From contig NMRA01000045.1 in NCBI GenBank assembly GCA_002633005.1, positions 62,001-126,000 of the forward strand: DNA of 64,000 nucleotides. Direction: 5' to 3'. The first letter of the stretch is position 1. Each line of letters starts with the position of its first letter. The notes under the pieces are model-generated. The model saw only the letters and a program-made list of their open reading frames with translations, was not told the DNA's origin and made no database searches. Positions 52,601 to 64,000 of this stretch are shown here, piece after piece. Both the position numbers and the translations under genes were made by a program. Origin of the DNA: Phoronis australis. Taxonomy: Eukaryota > Animalia > Phoronida.

Positions 52601-55600
52601 ACTTTCATTCCAGTAAATGTCTTAATCTGGAAGTTTGCCAATTAGCATAATCATCAAACTGGAGTTGTCTAGCTTGCCACGATAGCATCCTGACATTTAG
52701 TTGGAATAGAAGTTGACCACTCTGGCCTTATGATTTTGAAGCATTTTTATTCTTAAATGCTCTAGTTCTGTAAGCAATGTTTTGAGACTGATTTTGTAGG
52801 AGCATGTGGCTGACTTTTTGGAGTCAGACTTAAACAGAAAGAAACTTGATGTATTAGTAACAAAAGTAATTGCTTTGCAGGGCTTTCGATGCTTGGAGAC
52901 TTGTTTATCTCAGAAAACACTCAAGTGCTATGAGGCGGCATGAGCTACAACATAACCAACTCAGAGAACTCTTCTCAAAGTGGAGGTGCGTTTAATTTTG
53001 CTCCTTGTGCTTTCTTGTAACAAGTGGACGAGGCCAAGAAAGCATAGTTGGTTCTATTCTATAGTTGTTTTGAAAATCAAGTCAATATTTTTGGTTGTTC
53101 ACTTTTTCAGAAAAAGAAAACCCTGAGGTGAGCAAAAATGTTGCAGATCTGTTATTTAGTCGTGAGCGAAAGGCTCAAAATGAGTCTAGGTAGAGACCAT
53201 GACCAACATTGCTTTGTTGGCCTAGTGAGCGTAAGTTTGGAGAGACTAATAGCATAATGTGGTTTTCAAAAAGGAGTTAAGAAATTTCTTCTGTTCGTTC
53301 TCTGGTGATGTGCTCCAGTTGTGATTCGATGCATTTTGCTGTGGTGGATTTCAGGTCAAAAGTGAAGAAAAATGTTGGCTTAGCGAGGTTGCGGTTTGGG
53401 TTGGACCGGAGATTGTTGCAGAATTGTCTGCATGGCTGGCAGCTTGTTGTTAACAGAAGGAAACTCTGTGACTTGTTCACAGTGAGAAGGCAAAAGAACT
53501 TGTCAGAGTACATTTTCAAAACCTGGAGGGAGAAACTGGCTTTAGGGTGGCAACTTAGGCAGCTGTCATTGGAACACGAGGTATTTAGTTCTTAGTTCTA
53601 TCAGTGACTTCTGTGATATTCATGCTTATTGAACAGAGGAAATTAATTTGTAATGCAACCATACTATACCGTAGTGTCGAATCTCTCATCGTCCTTAACT
53701 TGGTTTGAATCATTCAATTGTGTATACGTATACTTTTAAGAGTTGTAATTCGACCTGTTGAGCATTCAGTTTGAATGAAATACAACACTTCTATACAACA
53801 GTTGGAGAATTCACTTATTGTCTTAGTGCTATATTTATGTCATCCTAAGTGAAAAAACAAGAATTCCTCATACATTGAGAGTAACCTGTTTTCGAGGTTG
53901 TTTCACGAATTAAACGGTACATGGATATTATGAGAGCCACAGAAGCCCCTGAGTTGAACAAATTTTTTGTTATTTTTAGGAGCAAGTGTTCTATTTACTG
54001 AGGTCCACATTTGTCGCATGGCAAGAGAAAGTTCATCGTACGAAGGTTGAAGAGGATAAGATAGTCAGTGACATCATTGCTAGTCACCAACAGAGGTCTC
54101 TGTCTTATTGGTTCCTACTGTGGAGGTCAAGAGTTGTCATGGAGGTCAAAGCCAGGTTGGTGTTACGGTTGTGTATTTAGACTATAGTACTCCACCTCTA
54201 AAGTTGTTTATTTAGACAAAAGTTGCTCTGCAGCATCGTTATTTTTATTCAAGAATGATTTTCTATATTTACTAGTAAAATTCTTCAGTTATTACCTTTT
54301 GCAATAACGTTTTGGCAACAGTAACTTACAGTGGTCCCGGATTTTGAGAACCAGTTTGATGCCTGTTATTCAGTATTAGAAAATTGGTTCTCTGTGAGTG
54401 ATAATTTCCCAGATTTCAATAGAACTTGCTGCATTTCTACCCGAAGCCCAGGAAATCAGTATGTCACAATGTCAGAAGTCTTAGGCTTCAATCCTTGGTT
54501 AATTTTTTGATAGAGTTCACGAGTCTTGATCAAGTGTGATCTTATGAAGTCATAAACAGTCAGTGGTAAATAATCCGGGCTAAAATCCTAAGAAAATATC
54601 TTTTACAGTTTTTTCATCAAGAAAAATTAATACAGATGGGTCTTTGAACTTTCACCTTATTTCAGGCAACTATGTGTCGTCTTTGACCGACAACGTCTGC
54701 AACGGCTTTTCCACGCGTGGCAGACGTCAACGACTGATGAAGTGTACAACTCTATACGGAGGTTCAACGAGGCTCTCCAGGCGAGGTCGCCGTCACACCT
54801 AGGAGAGTTTATGAACAGTCTTAGTCTGCCCCCCTCACCTGTGCCACTCAGTGCCAGGTCTCAGCTATCAGGTAACGAGGGTATCATATTTTGTATACGC
54901 AGACCGGTGGTTCAAATAAATTAGTGGCACAGAAAGAGTTTTACAATTTCACTGTCTTAGAAACATTAATGCTAGTCTTCTTGTTTTCACCATTATGATC
55001 CAAGTTTGTGCACAATTATAGAAGGTCACTAGCAGAATATATGAGACAATATAAATTCAAAAAGTTGAATGTTGCTTTAAAGGCTTTGGCATTGAAACAG
55101 TGAGAAGCCATTTAGAATTTGATATGCAGTGTTAAGAATGCTTAAGGGTACAGAATTGTATTAATAGGGATAATTCCATTTTCTTTGGTTAAATTTCACT
55201 ACGTGAGTATAAAGTAACTAACTTGTTCTCATGTAGCATGCATGCTGCCATGTTTATTTGGATTATTGCTACTAACAATGTTTTTGTGTGAAATTCTTAG
55301 CCTATGCTGTGAAATTATGTAGTTGGTGCATTGGTACTGATTATAGTTCCACTGGTCTCATTTAGTCTGATTTTACAATAAATTAATGGAACAAGTGTAC
55401 AATCTTGAAATCCCAACTTTGTTATTTGTAAGTGATAATGTTGTATCTTCAGGCATGCTCACTAATCGGGATCTGTCGTTTAATCCCGATACGTTTCTAG
55501 ATCTCCATGAGGATGATGGGTATTTCAACCAGTACAGTACACCAAGGACGTTGAGACCCAGGTAAATTATTACAGTTGATTCAGTGTACACTACCTGCTA

Positions 55601-58600
55601 AAGGTGATCGGACAAAAGGCTGTTTACTGAAATGATGGCTGAGTGGCTTTGAATTATACAACCTCTGTTTGGATCATGGTCCCGTACTTCTTTAAATGAA
55701 ACACAGTAAGCATTTGTGATGTCACGTTTTTTTCAGAAAAGTGGTAGCAAATGCAAACACATGAGTCACATGTAACAGCTATCCCGCTGTGGGTTCAGTT
55801 TGTATAAGTAGCACTGATGCCAGGTGAGGCTCACTCATCTCGGGAGAAAACTGGACACTGGCAGAAATGGCTAGAAATGACTGGTCACTGCGGCAAAATT
55901 CTAATGTTTGAATAACATTTTCATCTTCTTGTTTTCTTTCTGTGAAGTGCCCGTCGTTCCCGCTCATGGTAGTCAGTTAATGTGTCTTAATGCGTATGCT
56001 TTTTCCAGGATCGTTATACGTTCACCAGCGACATGCTTTTCTGAAGTTGAAACTTGAGTGTATTCCATCTATTAATTATAAGAATCATTATTTATGTGTG
56101 GTAATCGTGGTTGCATTGTGTGATTGCATTGTAGGCTTGAAAGACGAGACTCTGAGACCACGGTTGGAACTAGTGTATGTAGCCTGAACCTGGACAGTTT
56201 AGAATCGTCGGGTAACTTCCACGCTGTTCAGACACCTCTGACACCTTTTGGGATCCAAGGAAATGATCTTCAAGTATGTGGTAGTCTCCCTAATAGATAG
56301 TGCCAATTGGCAGTAATGGCGACACTTGCTATATCATTATGATGGTGCCAATTGGCAGTAATGGGGACACTTGCTATATCATTATGATGGTGCCAATTGG
56401 CAGTAATGGGGACACTTGCTATATCATTATGATGGTGCCAATTGGCAGTAATGGGGACACTTGCTATATCATTATGATGGTGTGTCGGAATCTTGTGTTA
56501 TTTAATGGTTCAAAGCAATCACCTTTTGCCTGTAATCTTCTGTTTTCAAGCCAATGCATATCAATTCACTTAATGAAATCAATGGTGAAGCATTTAGTCT
56601 TGTACAAAAGGCCAGGATTTAGTTTCTGCGCCCCCTATGGAAGACTTTAAGAATTAGTTGAGTGCCTCATCTGCTTCTTTCTGTATATTGAACACAATTT
56701 CACCTTATTCCAGTTTCACCTTATTCCAATTTCACCTTATTCCAATTTCACTGAAGACCATTATTCTAGTTCATACTCAAAGGATGCTTTACCTCAGTCT
56801 TTAGTAGTTCCCTGTTATTTCTTTACCCGTCAGTACACCAGCATGAGGAAACTTACAAATCCCATGAAAGTTCTTTGTGTCCCAAAGACTACTCTTTCCT
56901 TTCTGTTCACAGAGGATCAAATTTAGTAGCGTTGCCATTGCTGCCTTAAACAATTATTGATAACAGTTTTCAGTTGACTGGTGTGTTGCCAACAAACAAG
57001 GACATTCTTTGATCTCCATTGTAGGATCTTGCAATGTATGCCATATGTAGGTGGCGCCACTGGCCTGTTAGTGCAGCTTTCCATCAATGGAGGGAGTTCA
57101 CGTGGAGACAAAGGAACATGAAGTTTGCTAGTGACTGTGTGCAGGAGATGACCCAAGTGTTGTCTAAAAGGCGCTCGTTTATGAAGTGGTTGAAACAGTA
57201 CAGGGATGCTGAAATAGCTACACAATTCCAAGTTAGACATCATTATTTGTATACTGGTTTAGGGGAGCTTAGTGTTTACACTAGTTTAAGATGGCTGAAT
57301 ATTTGTGACAGCTTTCCTTGATATATTTTGGAAAAGGGAATATTATTTCATTGGTATTTGAAAGGTGACTTGTTTAAGTTCATACCCTGAGATAGCATGT
57401 GTTGTATGCAATAATTTTGACAATAAATTGAATAATATGATTTGTGTTCATTTATCTGGTCATTGTGGACAATGTTAAGCATGGTTGTTATTGTGACCTG
57501 TTCTAAAAACATGTTTGACCAACATATGGCTTGTATGAAGACTAATAATTCTTACTCGTGCCATATTTGAACATTTACTGTTAAAAATTCACTTTTCACG
57601 TGTTGACTTCGTTGTTTCAGTGTAAATCCCTCCTGAGTAACAGCTTAAAGTTGTGGTTGGCCTTTGTCTATCAGGAGAAGCAGTTCAGGTGTGCCAAACA
57701 GATAGCAGCTCAGCACCACCAGTCTACTGTGCAGAGCCAAACATTCTATAGATGGAAGCTGAAGGTATTTGTTTTAGATCACCACCAGGACAAACTTAGT
57801 TTTTTTTAGAATTCGGAAGCACTGGGGGGTAGTATGGCCTTGTAGTAGAGTGTACTACTCTCAGTCAAAAGGTTTGTTGACTGTACGTGAAAAAGCTGGT
57901 TGTTTATTTTCAGTAGTAGACCAATGCAGTTTGTTGCATGCAGATTTTGATTCAAAACGCTTTAATCAGTGACTGACTTTAATCAAAACTTAGTTCATGT
58001 AATTTTAAGGGATATTTTCAAGTTTTCAAGAGACGTGACAAACTTAGTGGACAAATAATGGACGGAATCTTAAGAAAAGTTGTAGTAAATCATAGAATCA
58101 ACAAGATTTTTGAACTTTCTTAACATCTAAACTTTATCTATCCAGGGAAATTTAATGATATTATATGTTTGGCGGGGTTGTTGTAACTAGGAAATGTAAA
58201 ATGAGCAGTCTTAGACTAGTGTCTGCACATAAACCTGCTGTTGTTCAAAAGATGCGAGAATGATGGTTGATTGTCTGTCATTCTCGCTGTTATGTGTGTC
58301 TCTCCAGATTGCTGAAAGACGCCGATTGGAGGAACTCCACGGAGTTTGGTACGACCTTCCAGTCGAACGTTACTACCTCCGTGACGTGTGCGAGAGGTTT
58401 CAGGAGGGTATTTCTTGTGTAACCACGGCCAACTGTTGGGCTCTGTGGCGAATGAAACTGACCCAGTTGAGGGAAGCCCGGTTATACAGGGATGGAAAGA
58501 TGAAAGCCAGGTTGGTTCAGTCTGTTTTGGTGTTCAGTAACTCTTTCAGTGTCTGGTAATTCACTATTGTGTATCACGTATGATAAAAGGTTGTATGGCA

Positions 58601-61600
58601 ATTTTTAATTTGTCAAATTTCTCAACGTTACAAGTATAACAGAAACGATTGCACTGCGCAGTTGCTGTAAAACAACACCTGGTAATTTTTTATTATTTGT
58701 GCCACGGAAATTGTTTTTTGTAAAATAGAATAAAGACAGTATTAGCAAGAATTAACCATAAAATCATATCTGGTACATGTGTTCAGACAACAGTTTTTCA
58801 AAATGTCATAGCTAACGGAATAGATGTGTTCTTGGATTTTTTTATATTCTAATCCTGAAACAGATTAGTATCGATTATTGTTGACTCTGAATTACGTTGA
58901 CTCTTGTACTGTCACTGTAAGGCAAGAGTTTCAAAGATTTTGATTTGTTTCTGACAGGATTTTCAGCTGTTGGAAGAACTATTGTCAAGCAAGATCTGAA
59001 TCAAGCAAGTTGTCTATGCAGTTTAGGTGTTCAAAGCTCCAGGGAAGGGTATGTATTAGGCATTTCAACTTTAATGAATGTTCATGTTATGCTTTTTTGT
59101 GAATGTCTCCTGGAAGATCTGGGATAAAATGTGGACATCTGCAGGAAATGATGAAATCTTGTAGACAACATGTGGATTTTGACATTCTGTTTATGAACCA
59201 TTTAACTGTAAAGCATAATAAGCCAAATGGTGTAGTCGTGTATAAAAGTTTGTTTTTAGTGATAAGTGTAAGTATTGGGAAGAGCTTCAACAATTTTTTG
59301 AGACCAGGAGTTACTTGTGTTATGTGAGTTTTGCACCCACCGCAATAAGATTGACCTTGTTATCACTGCTCATTTCCCATTCAACTATGAGAATCACTTG
59401 ATCCTGATGATGAGTGTTGTATGTGCAGTAAGTTAATTGGCTGAAACATAACCGATTGATACCCGTTTCTGACCAGATGGTGTTCAGCCTCTGTGCAGCA
59501 CTGTCTTGAGTAAACTGATTTGTGACTTGAGTAAAATTGAATATTATTCTCTGGTAACTTTTTCGTATTTCCAGTAGCTGAACTGGCTTTAATTATTACC
59601 AAGGATAGTACCTTTCATTCCAGTTGATCTTGAAAAATTATCATGTTTTGGTATGTATAAATTACTTGAAAAGTGAAACATTCATGGTTATTTTTTTAAA
59701 TTATGAATTATTTCAGTTCTTTTTTGAGTGGAAACATCGACAGCAAAGACAAGAAGAAGCTGACATGAGGTTTGTGTTGTCATGGCGACGGTACATGGTC
59801 GACATTCTTAAAAGATGGAAGACTTGGGCATTTGGTAAGTTGCTTACAAACTGAAGGTAAAATTCAAGGACGAGTACTTGGATGCTCATACCTGGAATGC
59901 TGTAGTGTTTCATTCTATACAACTATATTTGTGATTTTTGTGAAGTTTCCATACTAAACTTAAAGCCATGCCACGTACCTTCTTTAAAGTAGAAAATCTT
60001 AAGAGATTTTGTACTGTGACTAATTAACACATCTTATATTGACATAGTTACACCATGGGTTGAGTGGAAGTCATTGGTTGCTTTAGATGCAAATTTATAC
60101 TGCACCCCTGACCAGTGATTCAATCTAATTTGAAGTGGAATTTTTATGTGTTTCGTATACTTACACCTTGCTTCAAGGTGTGGTCCTGGACTTTAGCCGT
60201 CTTTTTTAGTGTCAACATTTACAAAACTTGATATGCCATGGTTAACCCATTTCACCCACTTATACAAGCCTCATGACCTCTAGAGGCAGACACTAGATTC
60301 GCTTCTGATCTCATTCTCAGACAAAGGATCATGACAGTATCAAAATTCACTAACACAAAACAAAATCTGAAGTAACTAATAAATACACTTCTTGACATAC
60401 TCACCATCATGTAGTAGTTGCGTACAGAGACAACTAGGCCCTATACACTCTTTAGTAGTAGTTGCGTACAGAGACAACTAGGCCCTATACACTCTTTAGT
60501 AGTAGTTGCGTACAGAGACAACTAGACCCTATACACTCTTTAGCTTCCTCTCTTTGCTTGTGTTGCCTGTCTTAGAATGATGTCATCGCACAGTATAAGT
60601 ATCATAGAAAGCATGGCTAGTCAACTGTAGCGTTGATCCGAAAGTGTTTGTCTTTGTGTGATACAACTGTCCGTCGTAATTGCGTAATATTGAACTCTGG
60701 AAGTATTTGTAGATGCTAGAACTCTTCAGAATAAGCTCTTCCTTTGCTCAATAGTATTTTTTTGTCCTAGAAGTGGTTTTCTTTTCAATTATGCTGTGTC
60801 GAAGGTCATACTTTTAAATTAAAAATCTAAATCTTATCTTTAGTATACATTATTTTTACACTAATTATGTCTTTACAGAGCATCGGCGAGAGACAGAAAT
60901 CAGTTGCCACCTTGAGAGAGTACAGTCAAGGTCACTGTTGGCTTTCACGTTTTACTCTTGGAGAGAGCAACATAGGAAACAGCAGCTGGCTAAGAATGTG
61001 GCGTCATCATCATTGGTGATGAGGTAACTTTAATTCAGTGGTTTTTCATAATTTGCTGCACACTTGTATTGAATGTTCATTGAGCGTGGATTATGGTATA
61101 AAGGCACCGCCTGGTCAAAATTCCTGTAATCTCATTGTCTGTAATAAGTCATGTGTAACACACATGGGACATGCGGTCACTTTTTACTAATGAGCTTTTC
61201 GTAGTTAATAAATCTTGTTGTGGCATATGGAAATAACAGGTTTGCTTGTGTGATTAAATTCACATCTAATGCAAAATTAATTGAATGTGTTATCTCATTT
61301 CACCTGTATTGTTTGTTGGTATGTCTCTAATGCTAGCCACCCTTGCGGTGCACCCACTTAAACAAGGCAGAGGCTGCATGGCACAGCTTGATCTGGACAC
61401 AGTGCTGACCTCGATCACACTCCTCTAGCTGTAGCCTGTTTCATGTGATCGTCTGGCTTGTGGCATGGCTAGCTTTACTCTAAAAAAAGCAATATTGACA
61501 GTATGCACAAGCGCATACCCTGCGATATGTGATCGATTGTACACACACAGTTGCAAACACGCATAAAGACTACAGTTCTGCTGACGCGAGCCAGAAATTA

Positions 61601-63883
61601 TCCAGTCAGGAAACTCTGTCAAGGCAACATTACCGTAGACGCTGCACATGATGCGACAACTGTTTCACAAAAAGTACATGCGACTGATGGCAACTCGTGT
61701 TATTGATTGCTAAAGAATCATGCTTTCGTGGATAGATGATCAACTTAGTGGATGTTGGAAAGACCGCTAGCCATAATCAAGTACATGAGATTAGGTGTAA
61801 ATGCCATTGGTTAGTAAGAAATCAATTATGCTGAAACTGACAAAACACAATGTGTTCTGTGAGAAATGTGAGCCTTTATTCTAGGAATATTACAGAGACC
61901 AACTTCTTCACGAATGCTGTCGTTTCTCCTTTCAGAACTTTTCGTGGTTGGTATCGTGTATCAAGTAGCCGCACCAGATGTCGCCGCTTGTACCACCAAT
62001 GGCAGGTGTCTTCGTGCAATTGTTTGGTAAGCAAAAATATATTGATCAATTCATTGTACTTGGCACTGCATGTAAGTTATATGGTTTTCATGATTCTGTA
62101 TCACTTGTAAACGCTCTGATAGTTCTTGTGTTGATATTTCCTAATAGTCAACTGTCAAGTTTACCAACTGAGCTTGGTAAGTGAGACGATATTGTTGTTT
62201 CATAACCTTGCTTAAGGTTTGTATTCTTGGATGTGCAAAAATCTGCACGAGGTCTTACAAACTTCATGCAGACTCCCGCTGCACAGTAGCAGATTAGCAC
62301 CATGATGTCGACAGAAGTGGGACAAAAGTCCAACTTGGTTCATATATTATCCCTTTAGAGTAAAAAGTCCAGTCAATGTTATATTATTCAAAGCCAAACG
62401 GGCATGAGCCATCTTTGTGTTTCACTGACACTCATAGACAAAATGAATAATTTGACAAATAAATAATTGAAAACAAATCATTGGGTGTGCAGGTGCAGTT
62501 CCTTGGCAGGAATTTGTAAACATGAAAGGACTTGATATAAACAATGAAGGATTTTTGTTGTTTTCCATTTGATAAGACTGTTGAAGCCAAAATGTCATAA
62601 CATATGTTTTGTTTCAATAACTATTGTATTTTAATGTTACATTTCAGTTGAACACCTCATTTCATTTGTGGCAAGCCAGTGCGAAAGTCAGGCAGCTGAC
62701 ACGCCAATCCAACCAGCGTAGACTGGAAGGTATTGTAAGGAAAGCAGCATTGAAATGGAGGGACTTTACACTAAACCGGCGAGCACAACGTCATTGGATG
62801 ATGGAGTCTTTAACAAAGGTAGTACGTTGCACTCTGAACTGGACGTCTGTGACATGAAGTTTGTGAAAAGCGTAGAGTTCACGTGATGACAAGATTTACT
62901 GTGAAACATTAGTCGAGCCTTTATAAATATGTGTATTGAGGTAGTCAATACATCTGCTGAAACACAGCTGAAAGGACAATTTTGCACTGATTCTGTGAAA
63001 TGGAAATAAATAAGAGAAATTCAGGGTATGGAGGCAAAATATTTGTTGAGAGTGGTTATAGTACTAGCAAAATTCAATTCCTGTCGGTACATATGAACCA
63101 TGAACAGTCTTACCTGTACATTTTTTTCTTCTGTTTGAACAAATTGATTGTATACAGTGTACAAGTTCAAGGTTAGGTGAAAAATGGTGGAGTAAAAAGT
63201 GAATAGCGAAACGTCGAATCTTGGAATCTCCGTATAAATATTAAGTTCTTGATCTCCGTCCAGTTATATTCGTCATATTTTTTTGAAGATGAATTTCTTC
63301 ATGTCCTCTTAATGTGAACGTGTGCAGTATGGTGGCGCTGTTGATCTCTATTGGTGTTACTGCCACCATTAGAGAGTAACGTAATTATTCTTCTGCTTAC
63401 ACTTTGTGTGCAGGTTGCTATTATAGTTACTTGTTGCTATAACTGAGGTATTGAGAATGAGGTCAACCTCTTCTGTGTTAGCACACAAATCCTTCTTAAA
63501 GCAAGACGGACATTTAGTGTACTGTTAACTCAATGCTTTTGTTTTAAGTCACATTCAGGCGCGTTACTTTGATGACATGCAAATGGAATAGCACACAAGC
63601 TTATAAATAGAACGTTGTGTGAATGGGCACTATCATTTTTCCAGATGTTCTTGATGTGGAGATCCCGTGTGGAATACCAGCGTCAGACAAAGTGTGTCGC
63701 TCTGTACTTTGGCCTGTTGTGGAAACAGAAAGCGCGGAACTGTCGTCTTCGGGAGGTGGAAGCGGAGGACTTGAGAAGACAACTAAATGACCGTGTGCTC
63801 AGGATCAGGTTTGACGAGTGGGTCACCAGGTGGCAGCAGTTGAGAAGGAGTTGTGATCATTATGATTCCTGCATGAAGGAGAG
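35997..63883 (+). CDS. Large Sfi1-repeat protein (SFI1/CCDC191/C1orf167-like centrin-binding scaffold); 3' end beyond window
   Basis: 30 GT-AG exons join in one open frame (5759 nt, ~1919 codons); many A-x7-LL-x3-F-x2-W(K/R)-type repeats after a 544-aa low-complexity N-terminus. Confidence 0.88.
38370..38425 (+). CDS. Sfi1-repeat gene exon 2
   Basis: TTTCAG / GTAAGT; WDERPDLNHFYNVQQGVL. Confidence 0.75.
39777..39906 (+). CDS. Sfi1-repeat gene exon 3
   Basis: TTACAG / GTGAGA; phase 2 to 0. Confidence 0.75.
40251..40330 (+). CDS. Sfi1-repeat gene exon 4
   Basis: ARVFRKWHYQ; TTTCAG / GTAGGT. Confidence 0.8.
41358..41583 (+). CDS. Sfi1-repeat gene exon 5
   Basis: LLFKYWKHWR; donor GTGAGT. Confidence 0.85.
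41931..42016 (+). CDS. Sfi1-repeat gene exon 6
   Basis: LLFVSFRRWQ; phase 0 to 2. Confidence 0.8.
42970..43083 (+). CDS. Sfi1-repeat gene exon 7
   Basis: VMSKWFGLWKE; TTGCAG / GTATGA. Confidence 0.8.
43390..44210. mobile_element. PIF/Harbinger-type MITE (821 bp)
   Basis: ~33-bp imperfect TIRs GGGCTGTTCCAG(C/T)AAAATC(T/C)GT(A/G)TGGGAGGGG and TAA on both flanks. Confidence 0.88.
45164..45250 (+). CDS. Sfi1-repeat gene exon 8
   Basis: VLTKLWQAWR; donor GTAAGT. Confidence 0.8.
45637..45726 (+). CDS. Sfi1-repeat gene exon 9
   Basis: CACAG / GTAAGC; phase 2-2. Confidence 0.78.
46218..46409 (+). CDS. Sfi1-repeat gene exon 10
   Basis: LKRAFKLWQ, VLQSTFRRWR. Confidence 0.85.
47137..47428 (+). CDS. 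Sfi1-repeat gene exon 11
   Basis: MFITWL, LLRGVVHSWK. Confidence 0.85.
48085..48270 (+). pseudogene. Degenerate THAP zinc-finger fragment (transposon remnant) in intron
   Basis: CH*CVMECTNG...VFHTFPSAKKNLLLRSQ*LQLIKHEN; a TAG sits at the position of the conserved THAP Trp. Confidence 0.65.
48520..48593 (+). CDS. Sfi1-repeat gene exon 12
   Basis: TTACAG / GTAGGA; phase 0 to 2. Confidence 0.78.
48992..49089 (+). CDS. Sfi1-repeat gene exon 13
   Basis: NAVDCWRE; phase 2 to 1. Confidence 0.78.
49849..50035 (+). CDS. Sfi1-repeat gene exon 14
   Basis: AWKTW, RLIFYRWR. Confidence 0.83.
50138..51912 (+). mobile_element. Helentron-associated non-autonomous element (HINE/DINE-1-like) with higher-order central tandem repeats
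   Basis: 5' subTIR ATGCGCCCAC (50143) with nearby inverted copy GTGGACGCAT, CCGTC-type microrepeats, ~150-bp repeats, 3' subTIR GTGGGCGCAT (51881), hairpin CAACGC-TCC-GCGTTG, T-rich flanks. Confidence 0.85.
52881..52985 (+). CDS. Sfi1-repeat gene exon 15
   Basis: AFDAWR, LRELFSKW. Confidence 0.83.
53355..53580 (+). CDS. Sfi1-repeat gene exon 16
   Basis: LLQNCLHGWQ, YIFKTWR. Confidence 0.85.
53980..54155 (+). CDS. Sfi1-repeat gene exon 17
   Basis: LLRSTFVAWQ, WFLLWR. Confidence 0.85.
54666..54871 (+). CDS. Sfi1-repeat gene exon 18
   Basis: LQRLFHAWQ followed by Ser/Pro-rich linker. Confidence 0.8.
55453..55561 (+). CDS. Sfi1-repeat gene exon 19
   Basis: CTTCAG / GTAAAT; phase 1 to 2. Confidence 0.72.
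55779..55823 (+). CDS. Candidate 45-nt symmetric cassette exon 20
   Basis: AACAG / GTGAGG; phase 2-2, open frame YPAVGSVCISSTDA; weak pyrimidine tract. Confidence 0.45.
56135..56273 (+). CDS. Sfi1-repeat gene exon 21
   Basis: TTGTAG / GTATGT; phase 2 to 0. Confidence 0.72.
56300..56482. repeat. 45-bp minisatellite x4
   Basis: GTGCCAATTGGCAGTAATGGGGACACTTGCTATATCATTATGATG. Confidence 0.97.
56696..56750. repeat. 16-bp tandem repeat x~3.5
   Basis: AATTTCACCTTATTCC. Confidence 0.85.
57025..57231 (+). CDS. Sfi1-repeat gene exon 22
   Basis: SAAFHQWR, RSFMKWL. Confidence 0.83.
57621..57764 (+). CDS. Sfi1-repeat gene exon 23
   Basis: LLSNSLKLWL, TFYRWK. Confidence 0.85.
58308..58510 (+). CDS. 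Sfi1-repeat gene exon 24
   Basis: CTCCAG / GTTGGT; CWALWR. Confidence 0.83.
58958..59048 (+). CDS. Sfi1-repeat gene exon 25
   Basis: IFSCWK; donor GTATGT. Confidence 0.8.
59717..59834 (+). CDS. Sfi1-repeat gene exon 26
   Basis: FFFEWK, ILKRWKTW; donor GTAAGT. Confidence 0.83.
60412..60543. repeat. 44-bp minisatellite x3
   Basis: TAGTAGTTGCGTACAGAGACAACTAGGCCCTATACACTCTTTAG. Confidence 0.96.
60879..61023 (+). CDS. Sfi1-repeat gene exon 27
   Basis: LLAFTFYSWR. Confidence 0.83.
61936..62026 (+). CDS. Sfi1-repeat gene exon 28
   Basis: TFRGWY; donor GTAAGC. Confidence 0.8.
62648..62818 (+). CDS. Sfi1-repeat gene exon 29
   Basis: SFHLWQ, AALKWR. Confidence 0.83.
63645..63883 (+). CDS. Sfi1-repeat gene exon 30 (gene continues)
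   Basis: MFLMWR, YFGLLWK, RFDEWV; donor GTACTT. Confidence 0.83.
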
Positions 63884-64000
63884 GTACTTCAGATCTAGAC
63901 TTCTAAACTTATGTGCTGCTCATAGGTTAGACTGATAGATAAGAGTTCATATATCGGTATAGATGTTATGAAATGTAAGGAGGACCTTTCAACTGAAGAT

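Noticed and set aside
56300-56650. Repeat array / repetitive ORF MVPIGSNGDTCYIIM as CRISPR or protein
   Set aside because: Head-to-tail 45-bp units without spacers, intronic, eukaryotic context, no cas genes.
60412-60543. 44-bp repeats as CRISPR
   Set aside because: No unique spacers; simple minisatellite.

Overview
AT-rich, intron-containing eukaryotic DNA, probably an invertebrate animal (species not determinable). No prokaryotic operons or CRISPR arrays. Two host genes can be built on the + strand: (1) a spliced ATP-grasp ligase gene, carnosine-synthase/L-amino-acid-ligase-like (4 phase-consistent exons, 12344-19796; first exon not found); (2) a very large Sfi1-repeat (centrin-binding-type) gene, 30 phase-consistent GT-AG exons from 35997 past the window end (~1900 codons seen). 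The rest is a nested transposon landscape: a solo-LTR-like element, a near-full-length degenerate LINE with a precisely bounded non-autonomous Helitron inside it, a Tx1/L1-type and a CR1/L2-type LINE fragment, a Penelope GIY-YIG fragment, four MITEs of one family with 5-bp TSDs, a Harbinger MITE, a THAP remnant, a 28-bp P-element-like footprint, and a Helentron/DINE-1-like element whose higher-order repeats carry ~11 regularly spaced CTCF-like motifs. There is also a duplicated minus-strand candidate first coding exon, several micro/minisatellites and one likely assembly duplication. All family names come from motif recognition by eye; no database search was run.
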